The notes beneath the pieces are model-generated. The model made no database searches, was not told the DNA's origin, and saw nothing but the letters and a program-made list of their open reading frames with translations. Made by a program: the position numbers and the translations under genes. A stretch of 55,473 bases of DNA, counting the filler, from Circinaria calcarea (lineage: Eukaryota), in NCBI GenBank assembly GCA_051942165.1. It is 2 parts of 2 records of this genome, joined end to end, with 100 filler letters (N's around TTAATTAATTAA, not from the genome) between each part and the next. Parts side by side here need not be neighbours in the genome. Positions count along the whole stretch, not along the records: positions 27,808 to 55,473 come from JAVECS010000065.1; 1 more part is not named here. One strand, 5' to 3'. Below are positions 34,380-46,400 of the stretch, in pieces. Every line of letters starts with the position of its first letter. Position 1 is the first letter of the stretch.

Positions 34380-35985
34380 CGGTAAGGGTCTTCCCGATAC
34401 ATGATGGTTTGACGCTGCTTGTGACAACAGGTCCATCGCCTGACCACCACGAAACCAGATCGAGGTCCCAGTCAAGGTGTGACCATGTAAGAATTGTAGA
34501 AAACGGCCTGGATAGCAAGAATTTATATAGAAGATCCTCCGAGCGCCAAGGCTACATTTGGTCCAGACTGCTTCCGCCTAACCCAACAAACATCACCGTG
34601 GCCAGGGATGAGATTATTGCCTTGAAGGTATAAGGGAATATCGAAGAGGTAAAGTTATTGCTAGAAGGCCATAGCAGCAGATACAACAAGCTGTAAGAGA
34701 TCACCATCCATGCGAAGATACGCGCTGGAGCATGTCAAGCTCTTACAGAAGACAAGAGAGGCTCAGAGAAAGAGCAAATCGAATTCAGAAGAACAAAAAC
34801 CACCACTTCAAACGCCTTCCCTGGATGTTACTTCACGCCTATGCCACAAATGCGCGGAGTGCATCCGTAACGGTGGCGCATATACCAGAATTCAAGGAGA
34901 ATAACTAACTCCGCTAATAGTCATTTACTAAGTTGTGATTGGTGTGGTAGCTGCTGCGCTTCCACCACTTGCTGGCTGTTTTGGTCCCGCCGGTTGTTCT
35001 GCTCCGGCTTCTGACGCGGCTCCTGCTGTGGATAGATATGCCGATCTTGGAAGTTCGTAAATCATTATCTACTGGAGACGCGTTGATCGCTTTTCTGAAG
35101 GCGGGATACTCAAAGAAAAACAAGGTCCGAGGGTTCTCCCCCGATTTTGTTGACATATAAGTAAGCGTTCGATCCGTCAGTATCGACCAAACACGTGCCG
35201 TAAAATTCCTAAATAGCTTTGAAAGACAGCTAAACAGCATTGGAATCATTCATATCTGAATGCACGGGGGAATCGAATATAGCAGAGTCCAAAATACGCC
35301 AGGCACATATGCCTCTAGGGTACAAAAGGCCGCTGAGAAACGGAGACTGAGACAGGTTAGCCATCCACTAGTTTGCCACGAGAGGTATTATTGGATGGGT
35401 CTAGAAAAAGTTAGAGAGAACCCCTGAAAAATAGTTAGCATGGAGTTTCTCTCAATGTCAGTTTGGGGAGTACAATGGATTTAGGTCTGATCACCATTTC
35501 TTCACAGTTTACTGCATCGAATACAAAGCAGTCGAGGGATTTGGCTCCTGCCAGGACCCCTTCTATTATGCCCATTGCATATAAGCTGCTGGTGCCTTTG
35601 GTGCCCAATGCAATATGTTGCTGGTGCCTCCATATCTGCCGCCAATTTCAATCGCATAAATGGCATCGATTTAATTGCAGATGGGAGACCGGCAAAACCC
35701 TACCGCGCGTCTAAGAAAATTTTAGGGCAGAGTAGAATACAGCAGGACGGAACTAATAGCGAAGTCGAAATAAGAGAATTCGGATATTCCAAAACTTCCC
35801 CGAATTTTTCACCAAAAACCTAATTAACGAGACTAGCCAAATATGGAGATCATTATCCCCTGGAGAAGATAACCCCTAGGGTAGACAGGCACTCTTCAGC
35901 AAGTGCACCTATACCGGCGCCATCTGCGCCTGCGGGGACTGGTCCCAAGCCGCCTCGGAAAGAGAACACTCCTGGCAGTAAGCTA

Positions 35986-36500
35986 ATGGCCAATAGAGCG
36001 TCGAACACAGGGGAGGAGCGGAGAAACATCGCCGCTGCGTTTAACGACCCTCATCACCCGATGCAAATTCTAATTACCACTCTAGCGGTTGGAGGAATAA
36101 TATCCAATCTTCAATATAGCTTTCGAGTGATTATTCGGTTTGAACCTTTTACGAACGCAGATATATTTTACCAGGGAGTCGCTCGTGTCTGGCGGATTCG
36201 CAGATATATAATCAATAAGAAAGAGGTGCTAGTGTTCATCCTGACAACTAATTATAATTACGATCAGATGATGATGATGTTGGGCCAACTTATAAAGCGC
36301 GCCAACGTCACCATTACGCCGGAAGAGATTAGAGCCTACAAGGAAGCCCACCCCGACGACGAATTTGAAGAGTGGTGACGAAGATGGTGAAGAGGCTGGT
36401 AGTACCGATACGGTCAGATCACGCATATTCCGTGGGAAGCTGGAACAGCTCTACATGGAGTCGTGGGGTCAGCGCTCTTCCCGTGCCGAATGGTCAGTAT
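35986..36500 (+). pseudogene. SNF2-family helicase C-terminal domain fragment
   Basis: EERRNIAAAFND...ILITTLAVGGIISNLQ...VIIRFEP...QGVARVWRI resembles degenerate helicase motifs V and VI. No ATPase N-lobe; frameshift near 36375. Confidence 0.6.
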
Positions 36501-37958
36501 CTCTTCCACTAGCTGCAACGCATCAACACCGACACGCGAACCGATCGGATCCCCTTCACTGCCCCTTCGTCGCGCTAAACGCAGATATGGTGCAATGTCG
36601 AGGGGTTAACGGAATCTCACGCAGTAAAGTCAGACCTATGGGAAGATTTTTGGGGAGAGGAGGTGGAGAGGTGTTGGAAGTGCCCCTGTAGACCCGATTA
36701 GGCTTAGCGGTTGCGCTGCTTCCCATAGAGTAAGAGGCGAGCACGCACACATAGAAATGCAAGTAATATTCATACTCTGCATGCCCAAAAGCCTTCGTTG
36801 ACCAAGAGAATAAAAGGGGTTGAGTGGAGTTTTACATAAGGGATTTACGTAAGGGGTTAGAAAAGGGAAGGAGATAGAGAGATGGAGACCGTAGAGTAGC
36901 TTAATTGAAAAGTTCCTAAGGCGGAGGTATGTGGCAATGTGAGGCATGAGCAATATGATGGCTATACGTAGTCGATACGAGACCTTATTGTTACAGGAGA
37001 AGGAACGTGTGCGTGAAAGGTTTCACCTTAAGCTAAGACGCTAATTGGGCGAGGTATCGCTAACCCCTGAGTGTAGAGCGTCTGATCAAGATGTGCTAGA
37101 TATGGAGAGCGATGGACAGGCTGCAGCTGGAGTAACCTTCGCCTAAGCCGAGCTAATCCATATCTCTCCTGGTGCAGGCCAATATCACCTCTCCTAGAAA
37201 GCTGTTCATCCCCGAAGAACCCACCGATTTTCAAGGAAGCGTACCAGATTGGCTATTTTGACTCGGAAATGTATTAGTAAAGCCTAAGCTCTTGGTGCTA
37301 AAGTCATAGCATGATGCCTCTTCGCACTAGAGCTTACCGAGAGCACCTTCAGCTGTATATTAATCTAGATAAAATGGAGCATTGATATTCATCGTGGTTG
37401 TTAGCTTGCGCTGACTGGGGCAGCAAACCACCTGTACCTACCTGTGCATGCTAGGGGAGTCTGGACAGCAACCTGTAGATCTCTGTGATACAACCCCAAT
37501 CATATGCAACTAGCCATGACAGTAGAAAAGGGTTTGTGTGATTGCCTGACTCTTGCGGAGTAGGTACACAAAAATATAATGCATATATTGAAATCCACTA
37601 TTGACAGACAAAGCAGAAACAGTGGGAAATAGATAAAGAAAGAAGATGATCGGTTATGCTGTAAGGCTATTAACTAATGCAGATCCTCCGTGGTGAACAA
37701 TGAACTTGCTGATATTATGTAGCCAATAAGGCAATTGTTAGTATGCATCAACACCTTCAAAACGCTCCGGCATAACACAAAGGCCGCTTGGAAAACCTCT
37801 ACCTTAAAAGACCCTAGTCTCAGTGATTTAGGTTTTACAGTGCTGACTTGGCAACTTACATCTCCCACACCTAACTCAGTCAGACATTGAGTACTGAAAG
37901 CTTACAGTCGATTGATGAACTCTGGCTATTATACTTGCTACCATCATACCTTAAAGTC

Positions 37959-38686
37959 ATGGCCTTCAATCCAGACGCGAAGCCATTTGATCCATCAATT
38001 CAACCGGTTGCGGAGGGAAACCTGAAGTATCTCACTTGTGTACGTCAAGCGTGTCGAGAAAAAATGACCAACCTTAACAACTGTCAGCACTTCTGGCTTC
38101 GCGGACAGTGTCGTTTCAACGAAGACGATTGTCGCTATAGTCATCAATTGACGGGAAAGACCGCTGATATGCCGATTCGTTTGGGCTATGATGGTACGGT
38201 AAAGACTTCTTTCCATTTTCTAAACGGGACGATACTAACTCGACCACAGGTCCAGCTGTGGCAGTTGCTAATGTCAAAAGTCAAAATCCCATCTATCGCC
38301 ACTGGCGCGGACAATCAGCTCTCTCGAATCCAGAGGAGCGGATTCAGAGGCAGATCGCGGAAATTCATGCGAAAGAGACAGCGAGACGCCACGATCAAGA
38401 GAAGGAGGTCCTCAAGGACAACATTATTTGTGGCCAGTCATCGGTGATTAATGCCGGACTTGAAACCCTTATAAAAACAACCGCCAAACTTAGTCAGAGT
38501 TGCGGTACAATCATGGCTATTACTGTAGACAGGAAGGACGTAGTGAAGGAGGTATTTGGGATCCTTGAGATCTTGGCAGAACAACAGAACCTAGCGGCTA
38601 TGCTTGGTGAGGCAAAGGATGAGGTGATCCAGCTTTTAGAGAGCAATAGACTATCTACTCTAGTCAGCCACGAGGAAGATGACTGA
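37959..38686 (+). CDS. PAM2-like motif + single CCCH zinc finger + helical C-terminus protein (paralog A, ~207 aa, 3 exons)
   Basis: Exons 37959-38039, 38088-38193, 38250-38686 give MAFNPDAKPFDPS...LKYLTC-HFWLRGQ-C-RFNEDD-C-RYS-HQLTGKTADMPIRLGYDGPAVAVANVKSQNPIYRHWR... Confidence 0.8.
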
Positions 38687-39198
38687 ATAGAACATTGAGC
38701 TGGAAGAACAGGCATTTTCAAATGCGAAGTGGAGTAGAAAAGGGGAAAGGAAGAAGCTTACACAGTGATGAGAAACTGTAATCGACTTTAAGACCTAACT
38801 GCCTTCAAGGTCTAATAGCTCCTGGTAGTATTTCCGGCCGGTAAAATACTCCAACATACAGACTGAGAGTCTTCTTTGGCAATGCCCGCTCCCATGACGT
38901 AAATGGACAATGGACATATAGACCCATAGTCCAAGGGAAGAACCTATATTCGAGCCCATGTAACGCGTAGCGAGGATGCTGCACCAAATCTCCTTGGAAG
39001 GCCGTAGACCCTAATAGAAAAGGGGTGATCGTGGACGCCTTACGCTACGCCCTATCGCCAACGTCGCCAACGCGGTCACCTGCGTCCACTGTTGTTATTT
39101 CGGATCGCAAACCTCTGGAAAATTCTTTACCTTCTCAATCTCAAAACTCTACCTTTCACCCACCAGACATAGCTCCTTGTCATCTAATCTGGGTGCGT

Positions 39199-40429
39199 AT
39201 GAATCCAATGGCGTACCCCTATGTACCACCAGGGAGTCAGGGTGGACGAAACCCGCGCCTCCAATTCAACCATCCTCTAAGGCCCAAAGCTCCATTTTCA
39301 AATGCGAGCCAACAAGCTTCCACTCCACAGGGTTCGAATCAGCAAGGTCCAGCTATGCAAGGTTCAATTCCGCAGGCATATGGTCATCAGTCACAGAATC
39401 AGCAGCCTCAGGCTCATCAACAACATAGTCATCAACCCCAGGTCCGCCAGCCGCAAGGTCTCCAACCCCATGGCTCAGCTGGATTCGTGCCCGATCCGCT
39501 TCGTCAAAGTCCATATGGCCAGGGTGTAACAGCATCGAACCCGGCTTCTGTTAAGCACATAACCTGCTAGTAAGTACAGTACATCCCAGTCCCAATGTTC
39601 CTGGTTGACGATAGGTTAGTTATTGGGCACATGACGGCTGCATCTATAGCGAAGACCGTTGCCTCTATTCGCACAGGTATGAACTGTTCACTCTGCCCTA
39701 TCATTTAGCTGACACCCCCTAAAGGCACACCGGAAACCAGGCAGAGGCGCCTGTTAGACTGAATCCTCACGGTAACTGAGTATGCTACCTGTAAGCATAT
39801 ATCGCTAACGCAGTAAAGGCCCAGCATTAGCCGGTAGGAACCTTCGCACGCAGCATCCGTTCTACCAGAATTGGCGTGTCAACCAGAATAATCTTTCGGC
39901 CCAAATCAAGACAGCTGTACAGAATCAGATTGATAATATTATCGCGGGTTCGTCAACTCAAAGCAACACGCAGAAAGACGTCAAAGAAACGCCACAGCAG
40001 ATGATGGAAAAGATGACGATCACCGAGCCAAAGGAGAAGAAAAAGAGGCCTGCGGTTGCAACTCATCAGAACCCAGTCAACCCTACATTCGAGGATGCCA
40101 GGGATGGCCTCATCAAAGGCCAGTTCGCATGGATCAGGGCGAGTCACGCGATGAGCTCGCCGGTGGCCAACAGCATTAGATACAATTGTGACCAGCTCCT
40201 CATCCTAAAAGACAAGATGCTTCACGGTGAAGGCACCACTGCCGACGAGACAAAGTTTGAGGAACACATCAACATGCTGATGAAGGCGGCACAAAATGCA
40301 GAGAACGCAACGACAATGCTTGCGGAAGCAAAGATGGAGGCGGATGCAGAACTTCGCCAGCAGGGCCTAGAGCATTTGATCGAGTACGACCCAACTGAGG
40401 AGTTGATTGAGCCTGTGACTGAGCATTAG
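39199..40429 (+). CDS. PAM2-like motif + Q/P-rich region + single CCCH zinc finger protein (paralog B, ~361 aa, 4 exons)
   Basis: Exons 39199-39569, 39620-39676, 39725-39771, 39819-40429 give MNPMAYPYVP...SVKHITC-YYWAHDG-C-IYSEDR-C-LYS-HRHTGNQAEAPVRLNPHGPALAGRNLRTQHPFYQNWR... Confidence 0.82.
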
Positions 40430-43400
40430 TCTGAGCCTTGATCCACTCTATCTTTCTACTCATCAAAAGGGTCAGACATGACAGGTACGCCTTTTCTGCT
40501 CTCTTTACTGGCTCTGACTGCGATACAAACTTAATAATCACAAAATGGCGCTGTCGAGGCAGATGGAGGTAACGAGCTGAGGTCCATTTCCCTTTCGGGA
40601 ATCGGTAAAACTATCCATCCATGCCAAGCTTTCTGGTCTTGTCTGGAAATAGCAAATTTACATGTTCGTGCTATTCAGTGGCTTCTATGATCATGATGGT
40701 GATGGACTATGCTATACACATATGCGACTGTATAAAGTAACAAGTCCCTTGTCGAGAGCTTTTCCGTCCTCTCTCCCTCCACGCCCTGCACCGTCTTGGT
40801 ATTCCACGCATCGCCAAGTACTCCATTCCCTATATTTCTCGACGTCTTCCTCAAGCGTTACCAGACACATATCCCCATCCTAAGAACTGTATCGGACTGA
40901 GAGCTATAGCGATAGCACTGCCAACCGCTATTACACTTATCGATACCCACAAACTCCAAGTCGTATACCTCGAGTCTTACCAAAACCTGCCTTTATCGAC
41001 AAGCTCCGTACTGGCTTTCGGCTCAACTCTCGCTAGTTTGATCTGCAGGTAGATACCAATGCTACGAAACATCGGGCGTATAAGAGCTGTCATCAATAAC
41101 CCTATGCTGAAAGCCTAGAAAGATTATCCGCGTCGATCATGATGCTTAGTTTGGAAACGATTGATGATTGCCCTGTGGTGCCTTCGAGATAGCGGCTGTG
41201 CGGTTCCTCGAAGTAGGATCCGGTACACATGTTTATGTTGATCAGCCTCCTCACTATCTCATCGCTCAAGGCGTTTCAGTACTCTTAATTGCTATACTGA
41301 GGTCTGCTGTAACCTTAAGCTCCTGGTAGCGTATAGCCCATCAATCAACCAACTCAGTGCTATTCCTAGGAACTTTGAGGGTCACCATCCGTGGCGAGAC
41401 ATCGAATTGTGCCAGATTTTCCTGCCTGAGGTTTAGTCAACTGCATCGAAAAGTGGACCTGGACGGTCTCCTATACCGTGGAGATGCCCGAGAAAGGGTT
41501 TGACTGTAAAGAAGGTAAATCGTTATCCATCATACCGGTCAGAGACTTTGGAGGGCCGGAGGAGTTGGTTTCGCATAGCGACAGCAAGATAGCCTCGTTC
41601 CGCGAGGCTATTCCTCCTCAACTGCAGGTGCTCTTGCCCAATATCCCAAGACAAAAGTCGTCTTTCTTCCGGATGCAGCTAATAGTTTATCATCCAATGT
41701 CCTAAATGTTTCAGACTAATTGCGCTTACTCCATACCCCCTCTCCTGCTAGAGCATGCCTGGTTCGAGGACGCGTTATGGCGGGAATTTCCTCATTAAGT
41801 AAGTGAAGTCATAACAGTCGAACGTTAACATATCTAGTCACCTCATGTCTACCTGATGGACACACAATATAATTGTCAAGCGTATTTGCACCAGCAAGGA
41901 GGACTACAAGTGGATAAATTCAACTTTCACCGTCTTGACTTCTTTAGTGCAGTCACAGCTAAGAGCTTCTACGGCCACCCTCTGGTGTATGGGGAAGCTC
42001 ATCTTGACAGCGCCAAGTGTGTTAGAAAATACATCGCGAACAGGCAGATATCTTGGACAAAAACATGTGTGTGTCTCTATTTGCATTGACCCTAGCTATC
42101 CTGCCGATGGTTCCGTAGTACGTTGCCAGCCCGGGATACCCTGCTTGGTAGGGAATGCATAGGAGCTGTCAACCACATCCGTCTCTGAGACATAATGTCC
42201 TCTCCATACCTATGTACTGAGCCTATCAGTCGCGTCTCTCGTCAATGCTTTCCAGGTCGCACAAACATCCTTGCATGGAGATATGGATAAACGACAAACT
42301 AACATCCATACATCTGTACTGAAAATCTAGCTTCTTCGACTGAGTGGCTCATCATGAATATTCCGGAATGCCGAAAGTGACTCTGACCATAGGGGCTGCG
42401 AATATGCTCATATAGTTTATCGAATAAGTCTTTAACCATCCTTCTATCCTATATTATTAGGTTAACAGCTCATATCTGCAACAACCCTATAAAGTATGCC
42501 TAAGACAGTCGACTCCTAATTTGTGACATAGCTGTTTCTGCGGCTCCTAGCGTTAGAAACATAAAAACATCTCGCCGGGACTCCATCCAGTGTTTCGCCC
42601 GCTTAGTGTTTTGAGGCATCTTCTATTACTTGCGGCACTAGAATTTGGTACTGATGCCTAGAATTCGACGTTGGTGACTCGGGGGCCATTTCCCCTTATT
42701 CGATTATCTAAGGTGAGCCTCAAAAAGCATCTGGTCTTGGATAATCCCAGGCTTGTATGTCCTACCGCCAGAAAAGGTCGATCGTTGATCCTCTGGCCAC
42801 TACAGCTTTCGTGCACGATATTAGGATTTATAACCCTGTAAGAGCGTTCTCAATGCCTGAGGACGGACTTATACTCTGGCCAGTGAGTCTGCCAGTCATC
42901 GCTTTGGATCTATCAAACATCAGATAAGGAGGCCGTATGTTGGGCTCCATCGGGTGCCTTTATTCGCCATACCTGTGACCATCTAAGACTCCTGGCGGTT
43001 TATATGGGCCCTTCTAATCTGTCTATGTAAGGTGTGTAACTGAGCGGTGCCTCCAAAAAACATTCAGAGGAATGGAATAGTAATATGAGTCTGTGTGATG
43101 TGTTAGGTCGGCGGTAGCTCCTACACTAATCCGCCTCCATTGTCTCCATACATTGACTTTGTATCTCTGTTTTCATGTGGTTGTGTACCCGATCGGCCAC
43201 AATCGTACACTCAAGAAGAACCTTTCCTTGTCGATATCTGCGTGGATTATTGTTGAAGCATGGCCATCGATCAGCCGCCAGCTGCCTTGATCGTACCTCA
43301 TTGTACTCGCTCATTGCTGCGTATTGGCTTTATTGGAGTGCTTTTGTCTTTGCTAGCTTTAGCTATCATTCCTTCAACTCCTGTCGTTTGCCGTCATTTG

Positions 43401-46400
43401 GGATTCGTTCTGCGAGATAATGAACACAGCGGAGCCCTTTACAGTTCCCTGAGCTCTTCAGTGGCTCTAGCTTTGATACCACCCTCTCGTTAGGCCATCT
43501 CACTCAGCCTCTAACATGTCCAGAAAGCTTCTGAAGCGGGTGCGATTTCAGGTCTCGAATTGTGCAGACTTTGGTCTGGTGATATGAAGACAGGCTGAAG
43601 CATCGATCCGAGGACAGGAAAGTGTCCCCAATATTCGTGCATAATCTCTCAAAACTTGTTCCGATTCTGTTTCGTAGGTTTAACCCCTCTATTGACTGTA
43701 CGGTGGTGGAAGCTGGCATGCCTCATTTGTAACAGTTTAGCGGCGACTGTCTAGTACTCTGACGCAAAACCTGCATTTTCTGACTGATACAAGTTACAGT
43801 GGCTCGCAGTGTGTGGTCGAGAGGCAAGCATATTGGCGAGATGACGGGTGCAATGCCGCATACAAGTTCAATACGACGTTTCCTAAGAGGCGAATGAGTC
43901 TCTCGAAAGACACGGCGGTTTTATGAACTTGATCATCCCTACTCTAGGGTTTGGCAGTCAGTAAATGTATCCCTGGGTAGAATGAGGTTGCATACTTGTT
44001 GGTCGAGCGTGTGGTTCTCGGGTCATGCTGACACGTTTGGTACATTTGGCACACCACTAGTAAACCTAGGTGGATTGGCAAAAAACACTGTGGAGGATTG
44101 CCTATGGGCAACTCAACCTCTCTCAGCTTGAATCGTTGCGGTGACCAAGCCGGCGGTTTCTCTGACTACGATGTTCTAGAGCAGGTCCTTGTACGTTTCC
44201 TACCTTTGTAGGATAGGAAGCACGGTTCAGTGCTTCTTTGGCTGCTACTTTGTAAGCTTAGGAGATGATGGCCCACAGATTCAATGCTGCGGGTGGCAGC
44301 TCTGCTGAAGGGTAGCTTCGAGAGCTCTGTATCCTTTGGCTACTCAGGCGGCCTGGCAGAGCCTTCCCGGGCTTAAGCTTAAGATGTGATGCAGTGTCCA
44401 CCAACGTGAAAACTCAGGCCTGACCATGGTGGACAGGCAAAAAGCTTTCGAAGGTGAATGCTAACGCAGCTAACAATGAGCCGGAGAACGACATCATAGA
44501 ACGGGGGCCCTGGCAAGTCCGTACTATGACCCACAACGGCCAAACCATCCCAAATTCACCACTCCCCAACCCGTATTCCTTGACGCAAGTGCATCATCCT
44601 CTTATTCTTAAGGCCTTGGAAAAGGTAGCCTCTCCTCCATATTCTTAACCCACTTGAGAACTCGAGAGACAGACTTCATCTGTATTTGTTGCAGGGCTTG
44701 GCATCGCAATACGCAATACGCAGCCTCTTTCTTCTCTTTACCCGCAGATACTCAGTCTCTGTTTCCTTATCTCATAGAAGCAAGCTGACGCAGAAGCCTT
44801 TCTTGAGCATCGACACGTTACTCCTCCGACACCTCTTCCACTTCTGCAGTCAGGGAGAGAATCATCTGAGATAAGATAATGATCAAGAGCTATCCTCATC
44901 GATGTCATCCAAAGGACCAGTGAACCTCAGCGGCCACTTCACTGCTTCTTCTAACGTCCACTCTATCTTTCCTTCTTCCAACCCGGCTTTGTGTTCTCCT
45001 TATGGGTGAAGTCGCTCTCGAGCATACATGAAGCTCTGCCTGGCACAAGCAAGTTCAGGGACATATATAGTTGGGAGAACAGCAACTGTTGGATGGGAAT
45101 AATGCGAGCTTGATGCAGTAAGTCAACTTAATAAGGAGTCTGATTGTAGACTAACTATGCACAAGACCCCTCCACGAGCTCAAACGTTTCGAAAGCCCGA
45201 CATGAATCATGGCCAATCCACGGAAAGGTACAACAGTATAACAAAGCATGAAATGAGAGACGTTGGCCTTTAATTTTAGAATACCCTCATATATATGGCA
45301 AGGAAGAACAACAAGTGTATAGCTTGTGGTCGAGGGGTGGTAAGAAGTAAGGTACACCTAATCAGATTTGTCAACCTAATAAGCTTATAGGTCACACCAC
45401 AGTTGTCTAATTTCCATACGCCATGGACATGTGAGATGGAGAAAGAGTAAAGTGTACGGCTACTATAAGGTAGCCGCCAAATACTGGCCCAAACCAGAGC
45501 TGGCTGTCGCCCCCTTCTAGAGGTAAGTTGTGGTTCGTATCTGTGTTTCTCTTCGCATTGCTTGTTTATACCCCTGTTGTATACCTAGTCGTCGATGATT
45601 GCATCACATAGGCTGTTAGGTCTTTATAACAGTATATGATATCTATGATGTCAATGATATCCCTTTGGCTAATCCCCTGACATTGATAGGTCACCAAGCT
45701 AATAGGGCTTCTGACTCTGTTGAGAGACACGGAGGTTGTTATCAAACGATCTATGCTGACTTCTGTTGGAAAGATGACCTGACAAAGACCCGTAACGCCA
45801 TTTATGTCCCCCCCTTATTGGAAGTATCCTTATAGACGCGGCTTCGCAGACGGTACCTTCCTATCCTTGAGAAGGAGGATTAAAGAATGGAACAATCGAT
45901 CATTGACCCGTCACCACTGCTTCGATGTAAAATTCCAGAAATACAAGAGTCGAGCACAAAATGTTGAACAAGGCTATCCATCCCTAGGGATCCAACGCTA
46001 TAGTATTTGCTTAAGGTCCCGACCATTACAAGTCTTTGCCGAGACTAGTTTGAAATACCATAGGTACTGAGTTCATAAGCTCTCTTCATAGACCTTGACA
46101 GCCTCCGTGATTTACTATTCTCATATATATGAGTTGATGTTACGCTCATCCCGTTAAGAATGAGTTTGAGATAACCGTCAAGGATATTTATATCTCATGT
46201 TTCCTTCTCTTATCATTTCTTCTTTTCTGATTTTTTTTTCATATATACCTTGAAGAGTGAAGGCAATGCGAATATAAGCTCTGACATCCCGCGTTGGTCC
46301 CGTGAGGCAGGCGGCTTCTCGGAGCAGATGCACGATGTTCTGGTCCCGCGGGATATAAATGAAGACGGGGAGCTCTGCACAGCTCGTAGCAGGCCACAAT

